Assembly (NCBI GenBank): GCA_030704615.1
Contig: CM060731.1
Location: forward strand, 25,172,001 to 25,236,000
From: Takakia lepidozioides
Lineage: Eukaryota; Plantae; Bryophyta
Reading direction: 5' to 3'
Length of the DNA stretch: 64,000 bases
Shown: positions 1 to 12,670 of the stretch, in pieces
How the letters are laid out: each line of letters opens with the position of its first letter
How positions within the stretch are numbered: position 1 is the first letter of the stretch
Made by a program: the position numbers and the translations under genes
The notes under the pieces: generated by a model
The model's database searches: none
Told to the model about the DNA's origin: nothing
What the model saw: the letters and a program-made list of their open reading frames with translations, nothing else

Positions 1-67
1 TTGACTCGGAAAATTCCCTTATTGAACAGGCACCCAAAAACTAGAAGAGTGAAAACTCCAGTAGTAC

Positions 68-1878
68 CTGAAGGGGAAGGGTTTTGGGCAATGGAATGAG
101 GGGTTGGGGCCCATAAATGATGCTACTTCTGAGGATGACATAGTTCAACCAATTTGCTTGCACGACACTCTCAGCAGCCACCTTTGAATGGCCGTAAACA
201 TTCACGGGTTTGGTCTCATCTTCCTCCTTGTAGAAGGATTTGAGTCCTTCATACACTGCCATCCAAATGTCCATGACAGTCTTGTTAGGTGTACTTTTTA
301 ACTTTAACCCCAAAGCCTCATGGTCATTGGTCTTGATCCATGTTTACATGCAGCAGAAAATGGGACAAGGGGGAGGTGCATAGAAGGAGAGCAGAAGGGG
401 GTCCACCACTGGCAAGCTCTGGCATCTGTGCATTATCTTGATGCTTGCCTACAGATATATCGAAAGGGGCGCAGCAGAGCTTAATGGCCTTCACACCAGG
501 GCAGAAGGATGGCTCCAGTGACAGGCCTTACATCTGTACAGCGAATTCATTCTGGCCTCCCAGGTGCTGTGACCTTGATGTACATGAATCATTCAAGTAG
601 GACCAAGCATGTTGCCATGGTCTATACTAACAAGATTGAGGAGCTACTCCCTTCCTTGCTCACATGCCCCCGGCCCCGCTCCTCAGAGACTAATCACAGC
701 TACACATTTGTTTCAGAAGAGGGCCACAGTAGCAATGTTGGCAGCGCATTATGCTGTCCTATCATGTCAATGCCTCCTCAATCCAAAATTAATTCCAAAA
801 CTTGCTTCCCTGTAACCAGATTTTTGTTGGTTGTACACAAGTCTATGGCAATGTTCTCCTATTCTGACTGGGTTTGGGATCCTACAAAAACTACATCCTC
901 CAATCAACTCCAGGGCCAAATCCACCTCTACACTGATCGTTTCTCGTGCTCCAACCCAATTATAGCTGAAGACAATGGATCCCTGGACAAAACTGTGGAA
1001 AACAAGTGTCAAGACTTTCCACCCTTTTCCACATTATGTGCTGTGCACGATATCATACATACCTTGATCAGTCGAGAGATGAATGAGAAGCGGAGCAACA
1101 GGGGCGTTGATGGATGCCAGCCATTTGAGCAGAGCACTGGGCACGTTGGTGGTCATAGTTGCTTCAGGGTTGGCCTCGCATGCTCGGGGGACAGACAAGG
1201 CAGCACAGTTTACAACCACGCGTGGCTGCGACCCTCCAACCCCCCGCCCCTGCCTTCAGTCTGCATTTACCCATGGATTTTGATTACTACTCTTAATTAA
1301 CCATGCATCTAGGAATAGAAGGACGTAAGGACATTCGAAGAGCAGAAAATGGCAGAGAAAAGGCAGCACTTTGCTGGATGTGCGAGGTGGAACCCTCAAT
1401 CGTGATGCCTACCGAGCACCACACAGTGAAAATCACAGCTGATCCTTGGTGAAATGATTTCATGTTATAGTTGCCTCTAATGACTTCCAATATATATCAG
1501 GATACGACAGTAATTTGATTATCCGACTCCCTGATTGCAATGGCGAAAAAATGTAGCCTTCTCACACTTTGCTCACCGATAGTGCAACAATGGTTTGTTG
1601 GCATGTCAGAACATCCGTAAAGCGAAAGAGAGAACACTCACAGGGCCCAATGCTGAAGATATGGCATCCAGTCCTGTGCCCGTGCACACATCCACTTGGA
1701 AGGCCTGCACATTGGGCAGCTTCCTTTGCAATTCTAGCGATGGCGGGTGAGACTTGTAAGTGAATGCTACCCTGCGGAGCACGGAAGGCTGACTAACCAG
1801 TGCTTCCAGCAAATGCATTCCCAGGTACCCAGACCCCCCAACAACAACCACTAGATCTCCAGTGCTTCCATTCTCCAT
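68..1878 (-). CDS. RmlD (dTDP-4-dehydrorhamnose reductase)/methionine adenosyltransferase 2 beta-like SDR; 5' three exons 1878-1642, 1225-1063, 255-68; gene continues beyond the left edge
   Basis: Rossmann motif VVGGSGYLG, then VVNCAALSVPRACE, LIHLSTDQVYEG and YGHSK (YxxxK), then ILRSSIIYGP. GT-AG junctions join the exons in frame. Confidence 0.9.
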
Positions 1879-2049
1879 TGCACCACTTCACAGCTCAAAG
1901 AGAAAACCGCAGTGGAGGACCCACAAGAGCAGAGAGTGATGTTTGTCCCAGATCAGTGATTGCAAGCTCGTTAGTGCAGAGTGATGCATGTTCACTGCAC
2001 GTTCTTCCCCCGCACGTTGCTTTAACATCCCTCCATATGTTAGGTACCC

Positions 2050-5000
2050 TGCATATATTACATCAAAATATTAAAATAGTTGAATTTGACAAAAAATGTT
2101 TAAAAATTCCATCGGCTCCCTTTTACAAGTCCATCATGTGTTGCATAATTTCCTGCGCGTAATTCTACTAACATATCTTTCTTAACATGAATTGTTGTAT
2201 GCAAACCCTTGGAATTATCTAGCAATTTGAAATTAGAAGGGCATGTATCGTAACGTGTATCAACAGCTTGAAATGTATAGATTTGTCCGATTGTTTGTTT
2301 GAATATTTTTTCATTGTGCCTTAACATTTCTTTGTTCGTATAATACAAATGTGAAAATGTAAGATCGTTAGGTGGTGGCCGACAACATTGATTGTTAATA
2401 ATATGTAAGTTATATCATTTTGTGTTTGTGTGGCTGTTCTTAATCGATTCAATATATCTATGAAATGGGTATCTGAATGACGCATAAGGTTTAGCTCATA
2501 ATAAATGAAGCTGGTCCTTCATTTATTTTCGTAAAAACCCAAGAATCTCTCACAGGTGGTGCAAGATAAAAAATCTTCAGTAATGATGACATCTAGGTTT
2601 CCGAAAAAATGATAGTGTGTGAGTTTGATTGACCTTAATCTCATGTCTGTAAACGTAAGCATTTTGTTGCGAATGAAAGATACTTCGTCCAAAACCATGA
2701 GTTGAAAATGGTCAAACGATTTTGCCAGTGTATCTAATCGTTTTGATCCAAGAGATGGTAACTCCTTGCAATTTAGCGGAATACTAAGTCCTGAGTGCAT
2801 TGTTGTTCCATCTATATTGAATACGGTTTTTCCTGTACATGCCATTAAAATTGATTTTCGTTTCAATGGATCAGCCTTCGGATGTCTATTGTATATTCTA
2901 AGTAAACCTTGGATAAGTAGCAATGAAGTGAATGTCTTGCCAATGCCTTGGTACTTCAGGGGATATATGTTTTATGTGCATACAATCATCAAAAAATAGC
3001 ACGTTGTTCTTGATTGAGTTTATGTTATTGTCCATAGAACTCACAATTTGGAATAATGTTGTCTGATGTATTTACATGTATTAGCCTCGGGTATTGTCAA
3101 ATCATTGTTTTGGGGTTTGCAATTGAATTCTGTATTTATCATATGGTTCAATTTGTGCAAAGTTTGTGAATTGATGAAGTGAACCCTCTCATCAACATTT
3201 GCAAATGTGTCCATCCATATATCATTATTATTATGTTTTGCTAATTCATGAACGTTTGATTCTAAATCCGTCCAATCCGTTAGGTTATCTTCCACAAAAG
3301 TACATACAAATTTCTTCCAAATAAGTAATATAGATGATTTATGAGCAAGATATGCATCGTGTCGCATGGTTATGTTTTTGTGATTCTTCAGTGTTTTGAA
3401 ACAGATGAAATAATAGTAGTTGTTCTCGACAAAAAAAATTCAAGATCGCGGTGCTCATTATAGTGGACGTATCGAATGATATGTGATTTTTACGACGAGT
3501 GATTTTGTTTCCTACCAGGGTAGCATGTGCCGTTGACCCAAGTTTTAAGTGTCATCTAAGTCCATCCAAGTGCGTCTCCTATGTCGAGGCCTAAATGCGA
3601 CCTCTAGAGCCTATGTGGCCCAAGTATCAAGTGTCATCTAAGCCCAAGTGTAGATCTTCTATGTATCCCAGTGTATCTCCTATGTCGAGGCCCAAGTGCG
3701 ACCACCAGTGTCCAATGTCATCTAAGTCCAAGTGCATTAATCCCCTATGTATCCATAGACCCTACAAGTTTGGGAGATCTCCACGTCATTGTTTTTTGCT
3801 ATTTTTGCAATCTCCCATGTTGAGGCTTAAACTATATTGCTATTCTTCACGAATTTCCAGCGACCAAAAGTACTTGAAATTCCAAATATCCCATGTGAAG
3901 GGCCAATCATCGCTCTAGGAAAGCCCACTTTGCTATTTTTTTCCGAATTTTCAGAGACCAAAAGTACTTGAAATTCCATATCTCCCACACCGCGGGTCCA
4001 AAAATCATGAGACCAAGCCGGTGCACCCCTCCTCATCGAGGGCTTTCCAATGGTACCAAGCACCAGCACCGGGGCCTCACGGTATGGAAGATCTCAACAA
4101 CACTATAAACAAACAAACAAAATAAAACAAAACAAACATCTCGCTTCATGATCCTATATTGTAGTCGGCAATAAATTCTGCCAAAGTTACGTTCCGCATT
4201 GCATCTGGACGATCAATATATTTGTCAATAGAAGATGCACATTTAATATCAGTAGAATTGGGTGGTAGTTTTTGTAGTATTTTATCGGGTTTTAATACAA
4301 ATGCACGTTCTTGTGATGGGGATGTATTTAATGAATCTAAAAGTTTGAGATGCATGATAAAGGGGTATTGACAACGATGCATGCTGCTAATTGGGTTGAC
4401 ATCTGTTGATCATTTAAAAACGGATTATCCATCTTACAAATTCTTACATTAGCATCAACTTGATCGTTGACGCATTTATTTAATATAATTCAACATTCAT
4501 TTGTAATAGTTTTATCCACTTTTGTCACAATAATTGGTTGCAGCATATGGATCGAATATAAATTGTGTGTTAGTTATATTGGCTTGCCAAAGATTGCTCG
4601 CCTGATTGCTAAAAGCATTTGTACGAATATCTTTGCATGCGCTTTCTAAAAATAAAGTTGGTTTTTTCAATGGACTCCGTAAAATTGTTATATATGTAAA
4701 TAACGCAATAAATTCATTGAATGAAATATTTGTATTGACATCCATTGTATTTAGTGTATCAAATATATCATTTGCTATTTTTATATATCGTCTTTGTATC
4801 ATTGTCATCTAAGTCGTGCTGAAATCACAGTTGAATGCATGGGAGGTAATGGATAATGAAAACGACTTGATTTTTAATCCTACAAGTTCGTTCGTGTCGA
4901 TGGATTTGAGCTTCACGTAAAGTAAGTGGAAGAAGATCATTGTCACATGTAATATACTTATCTATGAAGGTTGTGATTTCGCCATTACTATTTTTACCAT

Positions 5001-5704
5001 AAATGGTGCATTTGCTATCAATAACATACCGTGGTCATGTTCACTTTCTCTGCTTTGAAATTTAGTGACAAAGAAGTAGTCTTGTACATAACCAAAAATA
5101 CTTGGATCTTTTTTTTCATAAATCTCTAAATGCCCCATTTTGTGATCGTAGTAACGTGCACAAGTAATGGGACCTGATCGAATCAATTCATCGATATGTT
5201 TAGGTTCTTTCCGCGCTTGTGAATATGACAAAAAATGTAGGCGGTCCTAATTGTCGAATCATTGCGAAAGCATCTTTGCGTAATCAAGCCAAATAATCAA
5301 GGGATGTTCCTAGTCTTTCTAAATCTCTATAACCGAAATCTAAATGTAATAATTTATCTAAATTAGGTTTGTTAGTTAGTTCTTGTGCTTTTAATTGTCT
5401 ACCTTGAAGTTTGTCTTTCCAAATGCGTATCCAAGATGATGACGTGACTGCATGTATCATTACTTTAATTACTTTGAAAAATAGGTTAGGAATGTGAGCG
5501 GTGAAATTGTGGTCTTTATGCCAGAGTTCTCATTTTGCTATTGTTTGATAAGATAATTTCGAATGATTAGATTTTTTACGAAGAAGACCAAAAACTAGAG
5601 TTGAAAATTTTTATTCTTCACTTTAGGTAAAGACCCGATGGTTTAAAATCATGATAGAATTAGGGCGGACATTGCCTGATAAGTATGGAGATTTGAAATT
5701 AAAA
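2050..5704 (-). mobile_element. Decayed Helentron/Helitron2-type Rep-helicase, C-terminal part (end of DUF6570, HUH Rep, PIF1 helicase); 3'-truncated
   Basis: NFKSPYLSGNVRP (~5700); LRKDAFAMIRQLGPPTFF (~5230-5300); YFFVTKFQSRESEHDHGMLL (Rep motif 2); WQAN..QFIFDPYAA; DKYIDRP..RNVTLAEF; IIRYVHYN..REQLLLF; MACTGKTVFNIDGTTMHS, VLDEVS, FGNLDVII and NYATHDGLVKG (PIF1). Many stops and frameshifts. Confidence 0.92.
3516..4137 (+). mobile_element. ~620 bp non-autonomous insertion with internal short repeats and an (AAAC)n tail, nested in the Helentron ORF
   Basis: Removing it joins KRD|VGNKITRRKKSHIIRY on the minus strand. Internal repeats GTGTCATCTAAG(T/C)CCA and CCTATGTCGAGGCC; duplicated GACCAAAAGTACTTGAAATTCCA; tail AAACAAACAAACAAAATAAAACAAAACAAAC. 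Confidence 0.7.
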
Positions 5705-6689
5705 GATCCCGACAGAATCCATTTACCTGCAGGTAGGAGCCAAAAACAACAAACAAGGACTTAGTTCATCTCACAAAGGAACTGTATTCCTCAAGTGGAT
5801 TCAACTCTGTTGCCACAGCTATGAGGTAATTGAGCGCTAATGAGGACTCGTGGTTCTTGTTGATGTGTGAGCACAATTACTTCCTCTCTACCGAGATGAA
5901 AGGCTACCCAACATGTGAAGGGAACAGCATGATTCTCTACCAAGATGCATACATGTGGCACCAATCAAAGAACACTAGACACACTGGGCATAATTGGATG
6001 TTCAGTGGGATGGACCAATTATCACCCATTCTGTCTTGCACTTGATGGGGCTCACCATTGTTTGAGAGGACATTTACATTAATAATGGGCAATTGTTGCC
6101 CTTCTTTCAATGACCTAAGAAACAAGATCAATAGCTTAGTAGCATCTTTCAACTGCACAATTCGAATTGCAGCAATGGAGACCTTCCATGTTTTGTCAAG
6201 CTGCGCTCTAGCCTGCACTGACTACACTGAGAAAGCTGAAACAAAGCTCTACATCTTACAGGCTGTTGAGAGAGGCGGTCAAACATGTACAGGCATCTCC
6301 AATATTCACAATTTGACAGGTGCTTGCACAACCTCTGACCTAAATTGTGGGACACTACCCAATAGGTACAGCTATTCACCATACTAAAGGATTGCTCACT
6401 GTCCATCTTTCAGAGAAAAACCCAATGTTCTGAAAGCGCAAAAGTAATCAGCATACTGCCAACAACAGAAACCATAAACTTCCTCTTTCAGCACTTCAAC
6501 TGCTACTTTTCTTAAATTTGATGACAAAGACGAGTACTTGACAAGGCTATGAACTATAACACACGTGCTTTAGTGGACATGAATTGATGACGAAGATTCT
6601 TGAATAATGCACACAAAAATCCCTCTTTTTTATGGTCACCTAACCTTGCGCAAACGATGCTATGACCAGATGAGAGCTAAGGGAATTGT

Positions 6690-7040
6690 GTTGACGACTT
6701 CCCCGTGTGAAAAACCATGAAGAGTGTTTTGTTAAAGGGGCTGCATTGAGGATTGAGAACTTTAGCTTGTGCCCTAAACAGAAGTGGGAGAAGGGGGATA
6801 GTGAGGTGACAATAAGGATCAGCTCGGCCACAACTGTTGAGGTGTTTCCTCCATTCGTTCCTGCTGTGGAACTCTATTTCTTTCTAACATAATCAATCGC
6901 TGATTTGTATCACATACGAGAGAAAAACTTGTGACTTCTACTCTCGCGGTGGTTGTGATAACTGTCCGGGGGCAGATTGAAAACAAGTATGAGCTGAAAG
7001 TTACCGACGACATCGGTCCTGAAGATATCCAAATTGTAAG
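6690..7040 (+). pseudogene. Possible RPA70-like OB-fold fragment (Helitron-associated ssDNA-binding gene)
   Basis: GAALRIENFSLCPKQKWEKGDSEVTIRISSATTVEVFPP...YFF..SIADL...LAVVVITV....YELKVTD resembles the pattern of tandem RPA OB folds. Contains a stop and a frameshift, and ends at a GTAAGT donor. Confidence 0.5.
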
Positions 7041-8553
7041 TTCTAATCCTTTATTTATGACCATGATAGATTTTGAATTTCATTTAGATGTGTTTCAGAC
7101 CCGCAAGTTGTAAAACTGATTTTTTCCTTAAAACAGTGCAAATTGATACAGATTGTGTTTGATGTCGTGTAAGCGAGCTTCATTCCTTCCTTTCATTCTG
7201 AGTATGAGAGTAGCATGGAATAGCATGTCTAGAGGAGTAGCATATGCTGTTCTAAAGCACATCCCAATTACTCACAGTGGTGATATTCGACTACTAACAT
7301 CTTCATCAACCATTGTGGCACACGTTCTTGATTCCGTTGCACAACATCGCATTCAAGCAGTTTTCACTCAGTTTTCATCATTCTAACATCGCAAGAAGGA
7401 GCACAAGCCGTTGTGGCATGACAAGTAAACTTGAATTACTTTTTGTGATATCATTCTTTTTTAATTCGAATTGTTTTAACATTGTAAGTTGGTTATCTTA
7501 TTTGGGGTATAAGTTATCGGAGTTTTTTCTGTATTGTATCCAGCACAGCCTCCATTCAAGCGTATATACTCGAATTGACATTTCATTGACATTGTCTTGT
7601 AACAAGGCGACCAATACTTTTGCAATACCTGTCAAGCAATACATCAAATGTGCATTAGAAGGTTGTATTACTGGACGCATATCTACTGCAGCTTCTATGG
7701 TTGATTGTCAGGTTAATGGAAAGTGGTTGCACACAATTGTAAGACTCGATGAAGCTGATTTCTTGACAGCACATCGAGATGATCGTGTAAGTATCGTTGG
7801 TCGGCTTTCCAAAATTCGATTGAGAGACACATTTGCACTTAGCCCTGAATCTGAAATTGTAGGTTACGATGCAGCTTAAGTAGTTTGATTCAAGTTAGTT
7901 TGCGTCTATTTTGCTCGCTGCCATTGAACGCAAAACAATAACCACAAAACTAACTTTGACAATATTTTTGGTCGTTTGTTATCTCATTTCCAAAATTTCA
8001 GTTGTGGTATTCTCAGTTTAAATATTTGTTGTAAATGAAGAACTATTTTTAATAATTTATATTCATTTTGTTGATGATTTGTTAATATCTTCTTGGAGTT
8101 GTTAGATATCATTAAAAAATAAATCTAGTAATATCCACATTTTTTCAATTTTTTCAAAATCTTTAGTTTTTTTCAGATCTAAGATCCCTTCAGGTCCCTT
8201 CAGATCCATCAATTTATATATTGTTCTTATCTTTTTGGAGTTCTTAGATATCATTGGAAAAAACATTGTAATTAATCCATAAAGACTTATCCGAATTGGT
8301 TAAAGTCAGTGGTTACGATCACTTGCCTCCGATTCCAGCTGTTTGCTTACGTATCACAGTGATAAACCAACCACTTCACAACATACCACTTCCACCATTT
8401 GCGACGTCGACGCAGCCAATCCGTCGATCATACTTAGCAATCGATGGACACGTGTCCGTATTCACATGGACACATGACCGAATCCAGTTAGACGATTATG
8501 GGCTCCATTATCTGGATATGTGGCCATATTACAAATGTGGTTCTAATAGGATT

Positions 8554-8661
8554 GATGTAGTGGTTTGATTGTGTGCTAAAACCACTTACTGAGTGGTTCT
8601 ACCAATATCAATGTAGTGGTTAGGTTGTGTGCTAAAACCACTGAGGAAGTGGTTCTACCAG
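8554..8661. repeat. Two ~56 bp tandem copies (ATGTAGTGGTT..TTGTGTGCTAAAACCACT...AGTGGTTCTACCA); a second repeat (AGATCCCTT.AGGTCCCTT.AGATCCATCA) occurs at ~8182 and ~8891
   Basis: Direct repeats read from the sequence, in the AT-rich region upstream of the OTU ORF. Confidence 0.8.
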
Positions 8662-9179
8662 TATTTTATCAATCGTTAATTCTTCTTAAATTTGTGACTA
8701 TAATTAATCAATATATTTAAGCTATAAAATAAATACTCATATTTATCAATCTCTAATTAGTATTAAACTTATTATAAACTTTTATTTAAATTAATGTAGG
8801 TGATTCTTTTTCTAGATATTTAATTATTAAATCATTTTTCGAGTCTAGTAATATATATTTTTAATTTGCCTCAAATTTTCTTCAAATCTTAGATCCCTTT
8901 AGGTCCCTTAAGATCCATCATTTTTTATACCGTTTCATATCTACTAATATTTACGCTGTAATTTTTTTTAAAATTTCATATATTTTTAAAGATTTTTATT
9001 ATTTATCATACATTTATATATAGTGTCATTTATAATTTATCAAATATAATTATAATATTTGACAAATTAATTTAAAACTATTTTTTATTACTAACAAATA
9101 CATATTTTACTACGTGAATTATTTTTAGAACATGGATATAGATTTTGTCTTGTATTCTAAAAATCTCGAACGAGTGAAA

Positions 9180-10563
9180 ATTTATCCATATTCCGTCGAT
9201 GATTGTTTGTTCGACTCTATTGCATTTGGAATATACGTATACATCAAAAGAGTTGCGACAACAAAGCATGGCTTATTTCTTACAAAATTATCAAACCTCT
9301 AATAATGATGTGTTAGAGATGGTGCAAATACATTTTTCTCCAGAAATATTTTTTGAATTACATGGTGTCCATACTTTCCAAGAATATATTGAGAGAATGG
9401 CTTTAAGTGATAATCGCGCTATATTATGTCTGGCAAATTATTTGCAAAGACGAATATTAGTTTGGTCAAATACAACAAAAACAATTATGTTATCAGCAGG
9501 CGATGAGTTTGTTTCGCAAATCCCACTTCAAATATTATTCTCTACTTCTCCTACTTTGTCAAGTAAAAGTGATCATTACAAGCCAATCATCTCTCATCTC
9601 TCAACATCGAGTCCCATATGTCAGGATATATCAGCAGTGATCCCAACACATACTCGAATTGATACCCATCAAAGCTATAATCGTAATTGTTTAGAAGTAT
9701 ATCCAAACATTGCAAACCATGTGACAACCACTAATTTCCAATTATCTGTAGACAATAATGAATGTAGGAACTAAACCAATACGTTTTAAATGGTTATCTG
9801 TTCATGACAATATCATGTTTAATTTAATGGAAAATTATCCTTCTTCCACTTTCAAACACATAGCAGAAATTTTTGCAATATAACAGATGAATTTACAACT
9901 ATCGTTCTCTCAAATCTACTTTCACTTAAAGTATATCATTCAAAAACGAAAAAATACTGGAAAATATATTGACAGTTCAATAGTACAACTTGACAATATT
10001 CCAAACATTGTACAACCAAGTAACGAGAACTCTACCTCCATTCCAATTTCAGTCTTAAACGTTGATGAAGAAATTAGTTCGAACTCATCAGATAATCATA
10101 AATACCATGAAACATTGCTTGATATTCCAATACATCCATGCATATGTTGTCATAGACTATGTTTCAAAAAATAAATATCCAAACTTACAAAAAAATTCAA
10201 AGAGAAACTTAATGTTTACAATTATGAAAAATTGATATTACAGATAATACAAACGAACAAATATTTATATGTCGAAGTTGTAAACTACTACTTGCTAAGG
10301 ATGAAATTTTTAAATACAAAGTACCCAGTCAAATATCACTAAATATATCGATAGATTCTATTTATAGATTAAGCAAATTAGAAGAAAGACTAATAGCACC
10401 GCGTATCGCTTTTGCACAAATATACCAATTACAAGGGTATGGACAGTACGGACTCCGTGGTGGTACAATTAATTGTTCTATCTAATGTAAATCAAACACA
10501 AATGGTTTTACCTCGTTTACCGCATGACGAGGCTACAATTGGTTTGCTTCTAAAAACGTTTTA
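9180..10563 (+). mobile_element. Helentron N-terminal part: OTU protease-like domain, Cys motifs and the first part of DUF6570; inverted relative to the Rep-helicase
   Basis: DDCLFDSIA...ELRQQSMAY...EYIERM...ILCLANYLQRRILVW...HYKPI (OTU pattern); HPCICCHRLCF; CRSCK; LSKLEERLIAPRIAFAQIYQLQGYGQYGLRGG..VLSNVNQTQMVLPRLPHDEATIGLLLK (DUF6570 pattern). Confidence 0.85.
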
Positions 10564-11472
10564 TGCTAAGAGTGTTAGCATTATCCTTTCAGCTGTGCTT
10601 AACATGACTGTGGGGGCTTTAGGTCCAACACTCATGGAGATAGACAACGATGATCCAGGACCTCCCCAATCGACTTACATGCATTGGTCATGGGACTTCA
10701 CAATCTGTTTGGTCGTCGCTACTGATGGTGATTGGACAGTCTAGATGCCATATTTGTCTATCACATCAGCATGAAGGTAAGAAAAAAAAAAAAACTTTGC
10801 GTTAGTCTTCTCGAAGTTTCAAAACCTACTCAAAACAATACACTCAAAGGTTGCATCTCTCACACTGTAATCAAGATCATCTACACTCAAAAGAGGTCGG
10901 TTGCATCTCACAACCATCACACTATCCGAAATACAAGATTATCTGAAAACAATGAAGACAAATGAAAGAACAATAACTAAACAATTTGTGCTTCATACCT
11001 CCTCTATTTCATATAGAATAAAGATACAAGACGAATTCATTACTGAGAATTCTCCACTCAAATTCTATTCTAGAATAGCTGAGATAACTATAGCATAATG
11101 CCTAAGTTATCTCCAACTGCTATTCCAGTACAGAAGCTAAACTTTTAGCTAAGTGAGGCTTATCTCTATTGTTAACTGTGATATCTCAGCACTGCTATTA
11201 TTGAAGTCTGACTTGTCATCAGAGTAACTCTGAGTAACAGTAACTTGGTAGCTCGTTGAGCGAGGGCAATGGTTGACAATTGGGATACAGTTTGTGTAAT
11301 GCCGAATATTCACATTGCATATTATGTACCATATTTATTTTGAGGATATGATTATCCATATGATGTTGTGTGTGTGTGTGTGGAAGAAAATAAATGTTTT
11401 ACTTGTAATGACCTTGCTCTATGTAAGGGTAATATTTCAGGGATGTGAGTATACTCTAGTGGCATGTCAACT

Positions 11473-11539
11473 TCCTGCTATACCTTCCCTTAACACCTGC
11501 TGTGAATGAACCTATCATGGGATAATAGATATTTGAAGG

Positions 11540-11581
<42 letters not shown>

Positions 11582-11640
11582 GCCTTTCCCAGATAATACC
11601 TGCTCTAAATGAACCTCTTGGGATAATAGATACTTGAAGG
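11473..11640. repeat. (TA)n microsatellite (~11547-11578) between two copies of GGGATAATAGATA.TTGAAGG
   Basis: Read directly from the sequence. Confidence 0.85.
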
Positions 11641-11972
11641 TTATTAATAAATAACTGAATACATATATATTTTAAAGGGTTTTTGAAAAATAAAAAAACA
11701 GAACACTAAAATTACACATATAGAACGGTTGCTTACCGCTAAAAATAGATTTTTCTTCTTTACTAGAAAAGGTGAAATAAGTTTTATTTTTATTTTTTTG
11801 AAAAGAGGAGGTAGCCCTATTTCTCCCAAGACCTCGAAAGTCCGCCACATAAGGTGACCGATGGACCCAACCACCCCCTTGGTAGGTGACAACGGATGTC
11901 GCTGTGGAGAGATCTGAGGGTCAGATCTGCGTCAATGGGGATCCATCCACGGTTCCATAGGAGGGTTCAAAT

Positions 11973-12670
11973 GTCCAGCAGTTTTTTACGCTTAAAATAT
12001 TTTATCACCTTTTTCGGAATTAGATTCTGCGAGAGATTTTTGCCGTCGGTTGATGGCTCAGATGGTTTCAGTTAATTTAATTTACCAGGGAGGTAATGTG
12101 ACGTCGGTTGATGGTGGGTTTGACGGCTCAGATGGTTTTAGTTAATTTAATTTACCTGCACGGAGGTAATGTGACGTCGGTTGATGGTGGGTTTGACGGC
12201 TCAGATGGCTTCAGTTAATTTAATTTACCTGCAGAGAGGTAATGTGACGTAGGTGTTATCTGGTCCAGCAGCTTTTTACGCCTAAAATATTTTACCAGCT
12301 TTCTTGGTATTAGATTCTGCAAGATATTTTGGCCCTCGGTTGATGGTGGGTTTGACGGTTCAGATGGTTTCAGTTAATTTAATTTACCTGCGATAGTGGG
12401 TTTGACGGTTCAGATGGTTTTAGTTAATTTTATTAACCTGCAGGAAGGTAATGTGAGGTAGGTATTATTTAATTAACCTGCAGGGAGGTAATGTGAGATA
12501 GGTGTTATCTGATCCAGCAGCTTTTTATGCATAAAATATTTTACCAGCTTTTTGGTATTAGATTCTGCTAGATATTTTGGCCCTCGGTTGATGGTGGGTT
12601 TGACAGCTCAGATGGTTTCAGTTAATTTAATTAACCTGCAGGGAGGTAATGTGAGGTAGGTGTTATCTGG
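11973..12670. repeat. Higher-order tandem array: ~75 bp unit A (3 copies) mixed with ~73 bp unit B (about 6 full or partial copies)
   Basis: Unit A TCCAGCAG(C/T)TTTTTA..C.TAAAATATTTTA...TTAGATTCTGC at ~11973, 12264 and 12513. Unit B CGGTTGATGGTGGGTTTGACGGCTCAGATGGTTTCAGTTAATTTAATTTACCTGCAG.GAGGTAATGTGA at ~12047, 12105, 12178, 12337, 12392 (partial) and 12585. Confidence 0.92.

Noticed and set aside
509-1300. 263-aa plus-strand ORF
   Set aside because: It is antisense to an exon and introns of the reductase gene and has no recognisable motif; most likely chance.
11973-12670. CRISPR-like array
   Set aside because: The units are contiguous with no unique spacers, there are no cas genes and the context is eukaryotic. 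It is a tandem repeat.
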